Origin: Gammaproteobacteria bacterium | Lineage (GTDB): Bacteria; Pseudomonadota; Gammaproteobacteria; GCA-002705445; GCA-002716945 | Assembly: GCA_038142325.1 (NCBI GenBank) | Contig: JAYQJW010000002.1 | Coordinates: forward strand, 715,328 to 779,327 | Direction: 5' to 3' | DNA length: 64,000 nt | Translations under genes and position numbers: made by a program | The notes under the pieces: model-generated | What the model was told of the DNA's origin: nothing | The model's database searches: none | The model's input: only the letters and a program-made list of their open reading frames with translations | Shown: positions 13,108 to 25,996 of the stretch, piece by piece | Position numbering within the stretch: the first letter of the stretch is position 1 | How the letters are laid out: every line of letters starts with the position of its first letter

Positions 13108-13510
13108 TAAAATACGAAACTTGATATTGTATTTTCAATATTATAAATCTTTTTCATTTTTGTTGATTCCTCTCTAGCTTGTGACAGATCAGCAAATGGA
13201 CCTATGATAAAATGTTTTTTATTTTTATTATTTTCAAATGAATAACCACTATTAAGAAGTTTATCCCTAGTTTTATTATAATTTTCTTTATTATATTCAA
13301 CTGTTATTAACCATGCGTTAACTTTTTTGTCGATGATAGTAATATCATCTAGAGACTTCCTGTTAAACACATCCACTTCATTTTTATTGATATAAATTTC
13401 TTCTTGAGAGCTAATGTAGTACTGGCCGTTATTTTCTGTAAAAAAATTAATAAATGAGCCTGTAAAGATATATGAAAATAAAATTATGATTATTATAACT
13501 TTATATGGCA
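13107..13510 (-). CDS. SPOR-domain protein (DedD-like); probable start MPYKVIII
   Basis: N-terminal TM helix, C-terminal IIGPF..A SPOR-like motif; folC-dedD-cvpA position. Confidence 0.65.
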
Positions 13511-14794
13511 TTTTTTTTTGAAGCAGACGATATATCTGCTTGAAGCGCTTCTGAAACCGTATAAAAAGAGCCATATATAAGTAAGAGTGACCCTTTTGTA
13601 TAACTACTCTTTGCAGATAGAAATGCAGATTTAATTGATGAATATGTGTTTATAGACAATGTATTTTTTTGTATTGAATTCATTCGATATTTAATCTCCT
13701 GCGAGTTCATACCTCTTTCGCTATTGATAGTGCCTACGTACCAGTTATTTATTGATGACAAAAATGGACCAACTATGCTATATATATCTTTATCTGATAG
13801 AACACCAAGTACTGCATCAACTTTATCATATCCAAGTTTGTTGATGTTATCTGCTAAACTTTTAGCAGCATCTTCGTTGTGTGCAACATCGAGCAAAATA
13901 TCAGGAGAGCGTGATAGATATTGAAAGCGTCCTGAAATTTTTGTTGATGAAATTGCTTGTTTTACGGAGTTACCATTATTAATCTCTGGTAAAATTGATT
14001 TCAATGCTAGTAAAGAGGCTGCTGCATAATTATATTGATAGTCACCAATCATTTTAAGATTAGGAATATCTTGAACAGTATAATTTTTTGATTTTAATGA
14101 CCAGGTATCTTTATGTTTGATTACAGAATAATCATTATTATGAATCAATAAGTTAACAGATTGATTTTTTGCATATTTCATTAACGCCATAGGTGGATTT
14201 GATTGAGTAAAAATACATTTTTTAAATGGTCTCATTACTCCAGCTTTTTCAAGTGCTATGCTATCAATTGTATTGCCTAAAAATTCAGTATGATCTATTC
14301 CTATGGAGGTTATTATTGATACGTCAGAGTCTACAATATTTGTTGCATCTAATCTTCCGCCTAAGCCAACTTCAAGAACTACAACATCCAAATTTGCCTT
14401 ATTGAAGAGATAAAAAGCTGACAAGGTTGCAAATTCAAAATAAGTTAAAGTTGTGTCTCCTCTAATGTCATCAATCAGACTAAATGCTTCTAACAAAGAC
14501 TGATCATCGATTTCAATTCCATTGATTTTTATTCTTTCGTTGTATCTAAGAATGTGGGGTGATGTAAAGGTACCAACTTTGTAGTTCTCTTTAATAAGAA
14601 CAGACTCTAAAAAAGAAACAGTTGAACCTTTACCATTAGTTCCTGCAACAGTTATGATCTTTTCTAGCAATTTTTGAAACATTAAGTTTTTTGTAAACGC
14701 TTAATATTCTCTCAAGTTTGAAATCTATATTGAGTGGATGAACAGTCTGTTGCCATTCAAGCCATTGATTGACAGTGTCAAATTTTTTTGCCAT
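13501..14794 (-). CDS. folC: folylpolyglutamate synthase/dihydrofolate synthase (frameshift near 14665)
   Basis: Upstream frame [30 protein letters not shown]; [34 protein letters not shown]. Confidence 0.93.
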
Positions 14795-15644
14795 CAGCAA
14801 AACCAAGTATTTGAAGAATTGAGGCTATTTTATCAGGTTGACTCTTACGTTCAACTATCATGTCTATCGTGCCATGTTCTTGAAGGAATTCACTACGCTG
14901 GAAACCTTTTGGTAATTTTTCCCTGACTGTTTGTTCTATCACGCGTGGTCCAGCAAAACCTATCAGAGCATTTGGTTCTGCAATATTGATATCCCCTAAC
15001 ACAGCCAAGCTTGCTGACACTCCTCCCATGGTTGGGTCGGTTAAAACAGATATATATGGAATACCCTCATCAGATAATCTAGCCAATGCAGCACTAGTTT
15101 TTGACATTTGAAATAAAGAGAACAAAGACTCTTGCATTCTTGCTCCACCACTTGCAGAAAAACAGATCAGAGGACGTCTCTGTTCTATAGATAAATTAAC
15201 AGCTCTGCAGAATTTTTCTCCAACAACGGATCCCATTGAACCTCCAAAAAAAGAATATTCAAAAACACAAGTAACCACTGGTATTGATTTCAATGATCCA
15301 GTAAAAACCAAAAGAGCGTCTTTTTCACCTGTTTTCTCTTGTGTTTGTTTGAATTTATCTTGATATTTTTGTTTATCTTTAAACTTAAGCATATCTTTTG
15401 GTGACAAATTGTTGAACATTTCAGTCACGTTGTCTTTGTCTAGAAAAATACTTATTCTTTTCCTTGCTGAAATTCGCTCATGATGATTGCATTTGGGGCA
15501 AACATGATTATTTTTATCAAATTCTGCAGCGTATAAAACTGCGCCACAATTAGAACATTTATGCCATAGCCCTTCAGGTACTGATCCTTTTTCGTCTTTG
15601 GTTGCCCTTATTCGAGACGGCAATATTTTATCTAACCCGCTCAC
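14778..15644 (-). CDS. accD: acetyl-CoA carboxylase carboxyltransferase beta subunit
   Basis: PEGLWHKC..C...CPKC zinc finger, [24 protein letters not shown]. Confidence 0.96.
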   Translation of the reverse strand: MSGLDKILPSRIRATKDEKGSVPEGLWHKCSNCGAVLYAAEFDKNNHVCPKCNHHERISARKRISIFLDKDNVTEMFNNLSPKDMLKFKDKQKYQDKFKQTQEKTGEKDALLVFTGSLKSIPVVTCVFEYSFFGGSMGSVVGEKFCRAVNLSIEQRRPLICFSASGGARMQESLFSLFQMSKTSAALARLSDEGIPYISVLTDPTMGGVSASLAVLGDINIAEPNALIGFAGPRVIEQTVREKLPKGFQRSEFLQEHGTIDMIVERKSQPDKIASILQILGFADGKKI

Positions 15645-16450
15645 TATATTGCTTTGGACACAGATTTAAGAAATGAGGATAACTTACTATTCATGATTTT
15701 TTTATTATGCGAATATTTATGTATTAATTCTACTATAGAACTACCTATTATAATACCATCTGAAAAAGCTGCCATTTTACGTGCAGATTGCGCATCTTTA
15801 ATTCCAAACCCAACTGCTACAGGAAGAGATTCTCTAGAAAATCCTTTAATTTTATTAACATTTTTTTTAATGCTACTTAGATTTGAAATTTTTGACCCCG
15901 TAATTCCTTTGATAGTCACGTAATAAACATAACCTGAAGACATTGCAGTGATACTTTTCATTCTGCTGTCAGTAGTAGTTGGTGAAGCTAGATAAATATG
16001 TGATTTTTTATACTTATTGAGATATTTGTTTAAATGTTGTGATTCTTCAGGTGGCGAATCAACTACCAAGACACCATCAACATCTATATCATTTATATAT
16101 TTTGTGAACTTAGGGATACCCATTTTATGAATTGGGTTCATATAGCCCATTAATACAACAGCAGTTTCACGATTTTTTTTTCTAAATTCTTTGACGACAG
16201 ACATTACATCCATCAAAGATATATTTTTTTTAAGAGCTCGATCAATGCTTCTTTGAATTGTAGGTCCATCTGCAATAGGATCTGTAAATGGTATACCTAG
16301 TTCTATTATATCTACACCTGAACTTGCCATAGTATGCATTGCAGATAACGTATAGTCTTTTGATGGATCGCCGCAAACTAAATAACTTATAAATGTTTTT
16401 TTATGATTACTTTTGTTATCTTTAAATATTTGTGAAATACGAGAAGTCAT
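15644..16450 (-). CDS. trpA: tryptophan synthase alpha
   Basis: [28 protein letters not shown]. Confidence 0.96.
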   Translation of the reverse strand: MTSRISQIFKDNKSNHKKTFISYLVCGDPSKDYTLSAMHTMASSGVDIIELGIPFTDPIADGPTIQRSIDRALKKNISLMDVMSVVKEFRKKNRETAVVLMGYMNPIHKMGIPKFTKYINDIDVDGVLVVDSPPEESQHLNKYLNKYKKSHIYLASPTTTDSRMKSITAMSSGYVYYVTIKGITGSKISNLSSIKKNVNKIKGFSRESLPVAVGFGIKDAQSARKMAAFSDGIIIGSSIVELIHKYSHNKKIMNSKLSSFLKSVSKAI

Positions 16451-17652
16451 AAATTAATGTTTTTTAATTTTGCAATTGTATCTATATCTTTGTCACCACG
16501 TCCAGATAGATTAAGTAAAAGTTTTTTATTTTTAAGTTTTCTTGCTAATTTAAATGCATAGGCAAGTGCATGAGCGGTTTCAAGCGCCGGTATGATACCC
16601 TCTTTTTGTGTAAGCATAAAAAATGCATCTAACGCCTCTTTATCTGTTACAGCAGTATACTCAACTCTTTTCATATCCTTTAGCCAAGAATGTTCAGGTC
16701 CTACTCCTGGGTAATCTAAGCCTGCGGATATGGAATGTGTATTTTTGATTTGACCATTTTTATCTTCCATTACATATGTTTTATTTCCATGAAGAATACC
16801 TGGCGTACCAGCGCTTAGTGGTGCAGCGTGCTTACCAGATTTAAGTCCAGAGCCTCCAGCTTCTACACCAACAATTTTAATTTTATCATTTAGAAAAGGA
16901 TGAAATAGTCCAATAGCATTAGAACCTCCACCTACGCAGGCAATGAGATAATCAGGTAAACATTTATAATCTTTTTTAAATTGATCTCTGGCTTCATGCC
17001 CAATCACGGATTGAAAATCTCTTACAATCATAGGATAAGGATGGGGTCCTGCAACAGAACCAATGATGTAGTGTGTGTCATCAACATTTGTTACCCAATC
17101 TCTAAGTGCTTCATTAAGTGCATCTTTAAGTGTCTTTGTTCCAGAGTCTACAGAAATAACCTCAGCTCCAAGGAGTTTCATTCTATAAACATTAACTGAC
17201 TGTCTTTTTATATCTTCTTCTCCCATATACACTACACATTTAAGATTCAGTCTTGCGCAAGCTGTAGCAGTTGCTACACCATGTTGACCAGCACCAGTCT
17301 CAGCTATTATTCTTGTCTTTCCCATTTTTTTTGCGAGCATGGCCTGACCTAGTGCATTATTTATTTTATGTGCGCCAGTATGATTTAAATCCTCTCTTTT
17401 TAAATAGATATGAGAGCTACCTAAATATTTACTCAAAGACTCAGCATAATAAATAGGCGTTGGCCGTCCAACATAATCTTTTAATTCATTATTAAGTTTT
17501 CTTTTGAATGATGCTGAGGTTGCAATTTTCTTATATGCCTTAAAAAGCTCTTCTAAAGGGTGAATAAGAGTTTCTGAAACATAAACTCCACCAAATTCAT
17601 CAAAATGTCCTGTTTTGCTGGGATAATTCTTTAGATTAATTTTACTTTTCAT
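16447..17652 (-). CDS. trpB: tryptophan synthase beta
   Basis: [39 protein letters not shown]. Confidence 0.98.
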   Translation of the reverse strand: MKSKINLKNYPSKTGHFDEFGGVYVSETLIHPLEELFKAYKKIATSASFKRKLNNELKDYVGRPTPIYYAESLSKYLGSSHIYLKREDLNHTGAHKINNALGQAMLAKKMGKTRIIAETGAGQHGVATATACARLNLKCVVYMGEEDIKRQSVNVYRMKLLGAEVISVDSGTKTLKDALNEALRDWVTNVDDTHYIIGSVAGPHPYPMIVRDFQSVIGHEARDQFKKDYKCLPDYLIACVGGGSNAIGLFHPFLNDKIKIVGVEAGGSGLKSGKHAAPLSAGTPGILHGNKTYVMEDKNGQIKNTHSISAGLDYPGVGPEHSWLKDMKRVEYTAVTDKEALDAFFMLTQKEGIIPALETAHALAYAFKLARKLKNKKLLLNLSGRGDKDIDTIAKLKNINL

Positions 17653-18269
17653 TTATATGCTCTTATTTTCGCGACAAAATCTTTCATAAGGCTTTTATCT
17701 TTATGACCAATACTTTTCTCAATTCCACTACTAACATCAAGGCATTTAGGTCTGCTAATGTTTAGTAAGTCTAATATATTATCAGGTTTCAACCCGCCAG
17801 CAATAAATAACTTCTCTGATGGTATAGTTTCTAGGATTTTCCAATCAAATGACATTCCTGTGCCTCCCATCATTTGTTTATTGGAAGTATCTAGAAGATA
17901 ATCAATATCATCAAAGTTTAATGTATTAATTTTTTCATAAATATTATCTGTAACATGAATAGTTTTAATAATTTCTTTACCAAGCTTTTTATATACATCT
18001 ACATTTTCATTGCCATGTAGTTGAATTACGTCTAAGTCAACTGAACTTAAAACAGACTCTATCGCTGACACATCTTGATTCAAGAATACGCCAACAGATT
18101 TAATCTTATGTTTTTTACAAATATTTACTGCTTCTTGTGCTGTTGTAATATCGATAGTTCTTGGGAGATTTTCTACAAAAATCATACCTAGATAATTAAT
18201 ATCAAGAGATGCTGCAAAGGAGATATCATCAATATGTTTAAAACCACATAGTTTAATAAGTGTGTTCAT
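17649..18269 (-). CDS. trpF: phosphoribosylanthranilate isomerase
   Basis: [32 protein letters not shown]. Confidence 0.95.
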   Translation of the reverse strand: MNTLIKLCGFKHIDDISFAASLDINYLGMIFVENLPRTIDITTAQEAVNICKKHKIKSVGVFLNQDVSAIESVLSSVDLDVIQLHGNENVDVYKKLGKEIIKTIHVTDNIYEKINTLNFDDIDYLLDTSNKQMMGGTGMSFDWKILETIPSEKLFIAGGLKPDNILDLLNISRPKCLDVSSGIEKSIGHKDKSLMKDFVAKIRAYK

Positions 18270-18278
18270 ATACGCATA

Positions 18279-19061
18279 CTATAATAAGATAGATTCATTG
18301 TTATATTTAATTTGATATTTTTGTGGGTAAGTCGTACGCCATAAAAATAAAGCATTTGCTGGTGCCATTTTGCTGCAGTACTTTCTATTCTTTTCATTCA
18401 TTATTTTATTGATATCACTAGGTTTAAGTTTTGATGTTCCAACATCTAAAATACTACCTACTATATTTCTAACCATATGGTAAAGGAATGCATTTGCTGT
18501 GATAGTAAATACAATCAATTTATTCTCTTTCTCCAGGGACAATGACAGAACATTTCTTTCAGGGCTATTTGCCTGACAACCAGAAGATCTAAAACTCGTA
18601 AAATCATGCTTACCTTTAATATATTTCAATGAAGATTTCATTTTTGTCAAAGATAGTTTGTCTCTAACGATGCAAGTAAATGACCTATTAAAAATTGAAA
18701 GTGAATCATCATTACTTATAAAATATTTATAAGTCCTAGAGACAGCTGAAAACCTAGCATGAAAATCTTTGGGTACTTTATAAATATTTTTTACTCTAAT
18801 ATCTTCTGGCAAATTAGAGTTTGCTCCATCTATCCAATTTTTCTCCGATCGTTTAGAGGAAGTATCAAAGTGAATAATTTGATTTAATGCATTTACTTTT
18901 GTATCGGTTCGCCCAGAACAAATTGATTTAATTTTATGGTTAGCTATTTTTGATAAAGCGTTATCTACAAAATATTGGACAGTGTTATTGGAATCGATAT
19001 TTTGTCTCTGCCATCCATAATATTTTTTCCCGATATACTCAATGGATAAAGCAAGGCGCAT
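18279..19061 (-). CDS. truA: tRNA pseudouridine(38-40) synthase
   Basis: YYGWQRQ, SGRTD, FHARFSA, NAFLYHMVRNIVG. Confidence 0.95.
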   Translation of the reverse strand: MRLALSIEYIGKKYYGWQRQNIDSNNTVQYFVDNALSKIANHKIKSICSGRTDTKVNALNQIIHFDTSSKRSEKNWIDGANSNLPEDIRVKNIYKVPKDFHARFSAVSRTYKYFISNDDSLSIFNRSFTCIVRDKLSLTKMKSSLKYIKGKHDFTSFRSSGCQANSPERNVLSLSLEKENKLIVFTITANAFLYHMVRNIVGSILDVGTSKLKPSDINKIMNEKNRKYCSKMAPANALFLWRTTYPQKYQIKYNNESILL

Positions 19062-19834
19062 TAATTTATCTGTAGATTAAGAATTTTAGCCTCATGAGCT
19101 TCATCGGATGTTCCTTTTTTTATTATATCCATAATAATTTCTCTTGCTCTATCCTTCTCTCCACTTTCTATAAGAGCACGTGCAAGGTCAATTTTTGACA
19201 TATTATCATCGATTTCAGTTTCTGAACTATTATCTGATTCAGTATCTTCACTGAGTTGATCACCTTGATTTAACTCCTCATCAATATGTGTGCTATTGGA
19301 TTGCTCATCTGTTATTGAAACATCTTCAGGTTGATCAATAGTATTTGAAGAATCAATTGCTACATTTTCCGCAGCAACTCTTCTTATTTTTTTTGATCTT
19401 ACAGGAACTGAAGGATTAACAGTTACAGATTCAGCTAACTTAGAGAGAAATGCTCTAATATCCTCGGCAATTTCTTTCATTTCATTGTCTTTTTTATTAT
19501 CTTCATTCTCAACATTTGTATGTGACGCATTAATAGCTTCTTTAAGTTTTTGAATTCTCTTCACAAGATCAATATTATTTTGCTCTAGAGTTCTGAATCT
19601 CTCTAATACATAACCCACAACGAAGAGGATTAATAATGTAGTTAAAATACCAGACGTAGTAAAAGTAATATTTGGAATAATCAAATAATAGCTATGAATA
19701 TTAAGTGACTTAATAAATGCTGCAATCATACTCAGTGTACTTAATACACCGAAAGAGGTTGAAGGAATAATAGATTTGGATTCTAAGATGCCCAAAATAG
19801 TTAATATTATTATTACTAAAATGAAGATTCTCAT
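19061..19834 (-). CDS. short FimV/HubP-like protein (TM region, acidic linker, FimV C-terminal domain)
   Basis: C-terminal KIDLARALIESGEKDRAREII...G matches FimV_C; asd-fimV-truA position. Confidence 0.75.
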   Translation of the reverse strand: MRIFILVIIILTILGILESKSIIPSTSFGVLSTLSMIAAFIKSLNIHSYYLIIPNITFTTSGILTTLLILFVVGYVLERFRTLEQNNIDLVKRIQKLKEAINASHTNVENEDNKKDNEMKEIAEDIRAFLSKLAESVTVNPSVPVRSKKIRRVAAENVAIDSSNTIDQPEDVSITDEQSNSTHIDEELNQGDQLSEDTESDNSSETEIDDNMSKIDLARALIESGEKDRAREIIMDIIKKGTSDEAHEAKILNLQIN

Positions 19835-19838
19835 ATGT

Positions 19839-20861
19839 TTACTCCTCTATAAGATGCTCAGCTATTTGTATACTATTTAAAGCAGCTCCTTTTCTTACAT
19901 TATCAGCTACAACCCATAAATTTAAAGAATTTTTTTTATCAAGTCCGTTTCTCAATCTGCCAACATACACATCATCAGTCCCATGACCATGTTCAAATGA
20001 AGTTGGAAAATCAATTGTTGACACATCATCAATTATTTGAATGCCACTGAAGTTTTCAAGGCATTTTCTGGCATGATTAATATTAATATCTTTTTCAGTC
20101 TCTATGTATACACTTTCAGCATGACCAATCAAAACCGGTACCCTGACTGCAGTTGGATTGATAGTAATTTTCTCATCCATAATTTTATGAGTCTCCCAAA
20201 CCATCTTCATTTCTTCTCTTGTATAATCATTATCAAGAAAACAATCTACAAAAGGAATTGTATTAAAAGCAATTTGTTTTGGATAAACTTTCATATCCAT
20301 TGACCTTTGATCAATATATGCAGATGATTGTTGAAGTAACTCTTCTACTCCATCTTTTCCTGAACCAGACACAGCCTGATAAGTACTGACATTAATATGT
20401 TGAATATTAAATTCATCATGAAGAGGTTTTAATGCAACCAACATCTGAATGGTTGAACAATTAGGATTAGCTATTATGTTTGTCTCTTTATATTTAGATA
20501 TATCTTCAGGATTAACCTCAGGTACAACTAAAGGTATATTATCAACATATCTAAATTCAGATGTATTATCTATTATAATACAATCTTCTTTTGCAGCTTT
20601 GGTTGCATACTCTTTTGAGATAGAGCCTCCAGCGCTAAAAAAAGCAATATCGATATTTGTAAAACTAAATTCATCAAGTGCTTCAACTGTAATAAGTTCA
20701 TCACCAAATTTTGCTTTAGAACCTTTAGATTTTTGACTAGCAACTGCATGGAGCTTTTCGATAGGAAATTTTCGACTGTGTAGGATATCAAGTAACGACT
20801 CACCAACTATTCCTGTTGCGCCAACAACTGCAACATTATATCTTTCTTTTTTAGTTAGCAT
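19839..20861 (-). CDS. asd: aspartate-semialdehyde dehydrogenase
   Basis: VVGATGIVG, IIANPNCSTIQM, QAVSGSG, DNVRKGAALN. Confidence 0.97.
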   Translation of the reverse strand: MLTKKERYNVAVVGATGIVGESLLDILHSRKFPIEKLHAVASQKSKGSKAKFGDELITVEALDEFSFTNIDIAFFSAGGSISKEYATKAAKEDCIIIDNTSEFRYVDNIPLVVPEVNPEDISKYKETNIIANPNCSTIQMLVALKPLHDEFNIQHINVSTYQAVSGSGKDGVEELLQQSSAYIDQRSMDMKVYPKQIAFNTIPFVDCFLDNDYTREEMKMVWETHKIMDEKITINPTAVRVPVLIGHAESVYIETEKDININHARKCLENFSGIQIIDDVSTIDFPTSFEHGHGTDDVYVGRLRNGLDKKNSLNLWVVADNVRKGAALNSIQIAEHLIEE

Positions 20862-21931
20862 AGTTTTTTTATCATATCTAAAACTTTATCGCCCATTTCT
20901 GATGTTGAAATATAATCTTTAGACGATAAATCTTTTGTAAAGTAGCCTGATTGTAATACATCATTAACAGATTGCTTAACAATCTTTGCTAAATCTTGTC
21001 TATCTAGTGTGTAGTCAAACATCATACCTAAAGATAAAATCATAGCTAATGGATTGACAATACCTTGGCCAGCTATATCAGGGGCTGATCCATGAATAGG
21101 CTCAAACATACCGGTATCATCAGACAGTGATGCTGAAGGTAAAAGACCAATTGAACCCGTAAGCATAGAGGCTGCATCAGATAATATATCACCAAATAAA
21201 TTTGGTGAGAGAATGACATCAAATTGTTTTGGATTTTTAATGATTTGCATTGCAGCATTATCAACATACATATGTTGTAACTCAATGTCATCATGTCCTG
21301 ACATCATTCGGTCAACAGTCTGTCTCCATAACTGTGAACATTCAAGGACATTTGCCTTATCAACCGATGTAATTTTTTTATCTCTTTTTTTTGCAGTCTC
21401 TATAGCAAACTTAGTGATTCTTTGTACTTCAGATTCAGAATAAAGCATTGTATTGTAACCAACTCTATCTCCATTTACATCTTTGAATCCTCTAGGTTCG
21501 CCAAAATAGACATCACCTATCAATTCTCTGATAATCACAATATCAAGATCATTTATTAAATCAGCTTTAAGAGATGAATATTTAGATAGCGTATTGAATA
21601 CAAAAATTGGTCGTATATTGATATATAGGTTTAAATGTTTTCTTAATGCAAGTAATCCATATTCAGGTTTAAGTTCTCGAGGATTGTTATCATATTTTGG
21701 AGTACCAACTGATGCTAACAATACAGCGTCGCAATCCCTGGCTCTTTCTAGCGTTTCATTGGTGATAGGTTTATTACATTTATCTAAAGATGCTCCACCT
21801 ATGTCTGCAAATTCATAAGATATATTAGTTAATTTAGATTCATTGAAGTAATCAATGATCTTTAAAGCCTCTGTAGTGATTTCAGGTCCAATCTCATCTC
21901 CAGGAAGTATTAAGATATTCTTTTTATTCAT
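20855..21931 (-). CDS. leuB: 3-isopropylmalate dehydrogenase
   Basis: LPGDEIGPE, VDKANVL, NLFGDILSD, EPIHGSAPDIAG. Confidence 0.97.
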   Translation of the reverse strand: MNKKNILILPGDEIGPEITTEALKIIDYFNESKLTNISYEFADIGGASLDKCNKPITNETLERARDCDAVLLASVGTPKYDNNPRELKPEYGLLALRKHLNLYINIRPIFVFNTLSKYSSLKADLINDLDIVIIRELIGDVYFGEPRGFKDVNGDRVGYNTMLYSESEVQRITKFAIETAKKRDKKITSVDKANVLECSQLWRQTVDRMMSGHDDIELQHMYVDNAAMQIIKNPKQFDVILSPNLFGDILSDAASMLTGSIGLLPSASLSDDTGMFEPIHGSAPDIAGQGIVNPLAMILSLGMMFDYTLDRQDLAKIVKQSVNDVLQSGYFTKDLSSKDYISTSEMGDKVLDMIKKLC

Positions 21932-22562
21932 TACCGAACAACCAAGGTTTATTTTGCCTCATTTTACTCTCATAAGATTTAATTTCATCTTTAAACCTCA
22001 AAGTTAACTCAATATCGTCCAAATTATTAATAATGCGATCTTTATAAGAGTCATCGATGGAAAAGCTAATTTGTTCACCATTTGGCTTAGTAATGTTTTC
22101 ACTTTCAAGATCTATGCTTAAAATATATTCGCTTTCCTTTAGAGTAGTATTGATAATGTCTTCTATAACTTGTGCATCTAGCGAAATTAACAATAATCCA
22201 TTTTTAAAACTGTTACGTGAGAATATATCAGCAAAGCTTTCGGCAATAACAACATCAATGCCATAATTTTGAATTGCCCATACTGCATGTTCACGTGATG
22301 AGCCGCAACCGAAGTTTGCTTTAGCAATTAAAATTTTTCCATTTCTATATGGTGTTTTATTTAATATGAAACTAGAATCTTCTTCTCTTTCTTTAGTACT
22401 ATCAAGAGTAGCTGTTTCGTTATATCTCAAAGAGTCAAACAAATACGGTCCAAAGCCAGATTTTTTAATAGATTTTAAGTATTGTTTTGGGATGATTAAA
22501 TCTGTATCAACATTATCCCTATTAATAGGAATTACTTGGCCTGAAAATAATTTATTTTTCAT
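21924..22562 (-). CDS. leuD: 3-isopropylmalate dehydratase small subunit
   Basis: [24 protein letters not shown]. Confidence 0.97.
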   Translation of the reverse strand: MKNKLFSGQVIPINRDNVDTDLIIPKQYLKSIKKSGFGPYLFDSLRYNETATLDSTKEREEDSSFILNKTPYRNGKILIAKANFGCGSSREHAVWAIQNYGIDVVIAESFADIFSRNSFKNGLLLISLDAQVIEDIINTTLKESEYILSIDLESENITKPNGEQISFSIDDSYKDRIINNLDDIELTLRFKDEIKSYESKMRQNKPWLFGNE

Positions 22563-23955
22563 TCATAAAATCCTTTACGTTATAGAAATGTCCTTTAATA
22601 GCTGCAGCAGCTGCCATGCTTGGACTCACTAAATGTGTTCTTCCTTTATCGCCTTGTCTTCCTTGGAAGTTTCGATTAGAAGTAGATGCACATCTTTCAT
22701 ATGGCTCCAAAAAGTCATCATTCATACCCAAACACATCGAGCATCCGGGGTCTCTCCATTCAAATCCCGCTTGTAAAAATATTTTATCAAGACCTTCGTT
22801 TTCTGCCTGTGCTTTAACAAGACCTGAACCTGGTACTATGATAGCTTGTTTGATATTTGATGAAACTTTTTCCCCTTTAACCACATCAGCGGCTTGGCGA
22901 AGATCTTCAATTCTGGAATTTGTACAAGATCCTATAAATATTTTATCCAAATGAATCGCTTTAATTTCAGTGACTGGCTCTAACCCCATATATTTAAGAG
23001 TGTCTAAATACTCTTCTTGATTATTAATACTGTCTGCATTAGGAATTTTATCATCGACCGAGACTACCATCTCTGGTGATGTTCCCCAGGTAACTTGCGG
23101 ATCAATATTACTTGCATCAAATTTTTCAACTCTATCAAATACAGCATTATCATCACTTTTAAGTGTTTCCCAATATTTGAGTGCTTGATCATAATGCTTA
23201 GCTGATGGTAAAAATTCTCGATCTTTTAAATAATCATGAGTTGTTTGATCAAAAGACATTAAACCTGACTTTGCTCCTGCCTCAATCGTCATATTACAAA
23301 TTGTCATACGCGACTCTATACTTAGATCAGCAATTGTTGATCCGGCATACTCTATTGTATAACCTGTCCCACCTGATGTTCCAATTTTACCAATTATATG
23401 TAGTATTAAATCTTTTGATGTTATGTGAGGATTTAAGCTTCCATTAACTTCAATTTTAAAATTTTTTTCTTTTTTCAAATTGAGACATTGAGTTGCAAGT
23501 ACATGTTCTACATCACTTGTACCAATCCCAAAAGCTAGCGATGCAAGAGCTCCGTGTGTAGAAGTATGTGAATCACCACATACTAATGTCATACCAGGTT
23601 GAGTCATTGCTAATTCTGGTCGAATTACATGGACGATACCTTGTTTGACGTTACCTAAATCATAAAATTGTAAATTATGCTTTTTGCAGTTGTTGCGTAG
23701 TGTTTCTATTTGAAGTTTTGAAACAGGATCCGCTATTCCTTTATCTCTATTAATAGTTGGGACATTATGATCTGTTGTAGCAAGTATAGAATGCTGATTC
23801 CATATATCTCTTTGTTTGATATCAAGTCCGTCAAAAGCTTGAGGTGATGTTACTTCATGTATTAAATGACGATCAATATATATCAAGGATGTTTTATCAT
23901 CATTATTGCGTATGCAATGTTCATCCCATATTTTATCGTACAAAGTATTATTCAT
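22552..23955 (-). CDS. leuC: 3-isopropylmalate dehydratase large subunit
   Basis: [35 protein letters not shown]. Confidence 0.98.
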   Translation of the reverse strand: MNNTLYDKIWDEHCIRNNDDKTSLIYIDRHLIHEVTSPQAFDGLDIKQRDIWNQHSILATTDHNVPTINRDKGIADPVSKLQIETLRNNCKKHNLQFYDLGNVKQGIVHVIRPELAMTQPGMTLVCGDSHTSTHGALASLAFGIGTSDVEHVLATQCLNLKKEKNFKIEVNGSLNPHITSKDLILHIIGKIGTSGGTGYTIEYAGSTIADLSIESRMTICNMTIEAGAKSGLMSFDQTTHDYLKDREFLPSAKHYDQALKYWETLKSDDNAVFDRVEKFDASNIDPQVTWGTSPEMVVSVDDKIPNADSINNQEEYLDTLKYMGLEPVTEIKAIHLDKIFIGSCTNSRIEDLRQAADVVKGEKVSSNIKQAIIVPGSGLVKAQAENEGLDKIFLQAGFEWRDPGCSMCLGMNDDFLEPYERCASTSNRNFQGRQGDKGRTHLVSPSMAAAAAIKGHFYNVKDFMNEK

Positions 23956-23966
23956 ATTTTAAGAGT

Positions 23967-25025
23967 TTATTTGTTTTGAGCTTTATGCCTTAGATATAAA
24001 TCACATAAAGTTAATGCCATCATTGCTTCTGCTATTGGAACAGCTCTTATACCTACGCATGGGTCATGTCTTCCCTTGGTTCTTACAGTAGTAGGTTTAT
24101 TTTTTTCATCAATAGTTTTACCTGGAATCAAAATACTTGATGTAGGTTTCAAAGCAATATTCACTTTTAAATCTTGGCCGGTCGAGATTCCACCAAGCGT
24201 ACCTCCTGAAAAATTACTCAAGAAACCTTTGGGCGTAATTTCATCTCTAGCTTCAGATCCTTTTTGATTTACCACATCAAACCCAGCGCCTATTTCAACG
24301 CCCTTAACAGCATTAATTGACATCATAGCTTGCGCAAGGAGCGCATCAAGTTTATCAAAAACTGGCTCACCTAATCCTACAGGTATATTCTTACCAACAA
24401 TTGTCACCTTTGCACCAATAGAGTCTCCAGCTTTTCTAATACTTGTTATATATTTTTCTAATTCAGGAACTTTTTTATTATCTGGAAAAAAGAACGGATT
24501 AGTTTCAATATCTTTTGTTTTTATCACGCTCGGTGTAATCTCGCCTAATTGAGATACATATCCAAATATTTTTGTTCTATTAACTTTTTGTAAATATTTT
24601 TTTGCTATGGCACCTGCAGCTACACGAGCAACAGTCTCTCTTGCAGACGATCTACCGGCGCCTCTGTAATCTCTTATTCCATATTTTTTTTGATATGTAA
24701 AATCTGCGTGACCTGGTCTGAATTTACTCTTAATTTCTGAGTAGTCCTTAGACTTTTGGTCTTTATTAAAAATTAAAAGTGCTATCGGTGTTCCTGTTGT
24801 AACGCCGTTAAAAACACCTGATAGGATCTCTACTTTATCGTCTTCTTTTCTCTGAGTAGTATATTTTGATTGTCCAGGCTTTCTTCGATCAAGATCTTTT
24901 TGTATATCAGATTCATCAATTTTAATATTAGGTGGACATCCATCAATAACACAACCAAGGGCTTTTCCATGGCTTTCGCCAAAGGTTGTTACTCTAAAGA
25001 TCTTACCGAATGTGTTGCCAGACAT
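23967..25025 (-). CDS. aroC: chorismate synthase
   Basis: [27 protein letters not shown]. Confidence 0.98.
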   Translation of the reverse strand: MSGNTFGKIFRVTTFGESHGKALGCVIDGCPPNIKIDESDIQKDLDRRKPGQSKYTTQRKEDDKVEILSGVFNGVTTGTPIALLIFNKDQKSKDYSEIKSKFRPGHADFTYQKKYGIRDYRGAGRSSARETVARVAAGAIAKKYLQKVNRTKIFGYVSQLGEITPSVIKTKDIETNPFFFPDNKKVPELEKYITSIRKAGDSIGAKVTIVGKNIPVGLGEPVFDKLDALLAQAMMSINAVKGVEIGAGFDVVNQKGSEARDEITPKGFLSNFSGGTLGGISTGQDLKVNIALKPTSSILIPGKTIDEKNKPTTVRTKGRHDPCVGIRAVPIAEAMMALTLCDLYLRHKAQNK

Positions 25026-25120
25026 AATTAATATTTTTATTGCATTATAGACAAAATATCATATATTTGCTGATAAATTTCATGGGTCAGCTGTAAATAG
25101 TTAACACATGAAGATAAGAT

Positions 25121-25996
25121 ATGAATTCAATGGTCAATTTCATTATAAGACTGAAAAAAATCATACTCTCTTACTGGCTATATTTTATTCCTCATCATTT
25201 GGTATCTCGCTTTACGTATATAATAACTAGAACTCACCACCCGCTTACTCATTACTTAATTAAGCTGTATATAAAAATGTTCAAGATTAATATCAGTGAG
25301 TGCGAAGAGGAAAATATCGAAAAATATAATACATTCTGCGACTTCTTCACAAGAAAACTCAAAAAAGGCATACATGTCGTAGATAAGAATAATAAATCAG
25401 TAGTCTCATCGTGTGATGGGAGAATTTTACAGTTTGGGAAAATTGAAGATAAATCAATTCTTCAAGTCAAAGGTATCAAGACTTCTGTTCAATCGCTCTT
25501 GTGTAACGATAAAGAATTATCATCTATTTATAGTAAAGGTTCATTTTTAACTATTTATTTATCTCCAAAAGATTATCATCGTGTTCATAGCCCTGCTAAT
25601 GACAAACTTATGAAGACACTACATATTCCTGGAAGACTGTTTAGTGTCGCAGATCATGCTGTAGAATGTATCAAAGATTTATATGCAAAAAATGAGAGAT
25701 TAGTTTGTCACTTCAAGGATGATAGTATTAATTTTTCAGTAATTTTTGTAGGCGCTATTAATGTCTCGTCAATTGAAACTCAATGGAAAGGCGAAGTCTC
25801 ACCTCCAATGCCAAAAAAACTAATTTCTACTAAATATGGAAATAAAAATATTGTAATTAATAAAGGTGATGAGGTAGGAATGTTTAAATCAGGATCAACT
25901 GTTGTTTTGCTTTTTACAGAAAATGTTAAGTTATCCGATAAGATTAAAGTTAATCAAGCAATAAGAGTTGGTCAGAAAATTGGCATGATTCATTAA
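25121..25996 (+). CDS. psd: phosphatidylserine decarboxylase
   Basis: FFTRKLK, YLSPKDYHRVH, NER, VGAINV, GSTV self-cleavage motif. Confidence 0.95.
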   Translation: MNSMVNFIIRLKKIILSYWLYFIPHHLVSRFTYIITRTHHPLTHYLIKLYIKMFKINISECEEENIEKYNTFCDFFTRKLKKGIHVVDKNNKSVVSSCDGRILQFGKIEDKSILQVKGIKTSVQSLLCNDKELSSIYSKGSFLTIYLSPKDYHRVHSPANDKLMKTLHIPGRLFSVADHAVECIKDLYAKNERLVCHFKDDSINFSVIFVGAINVSSIETQWKGEVSPPMPKKLISTKYGNKNIVINKGDEVGMFKSGSTVVLLFTENVKLSDKIKVNQAIRVGQKIGMIH

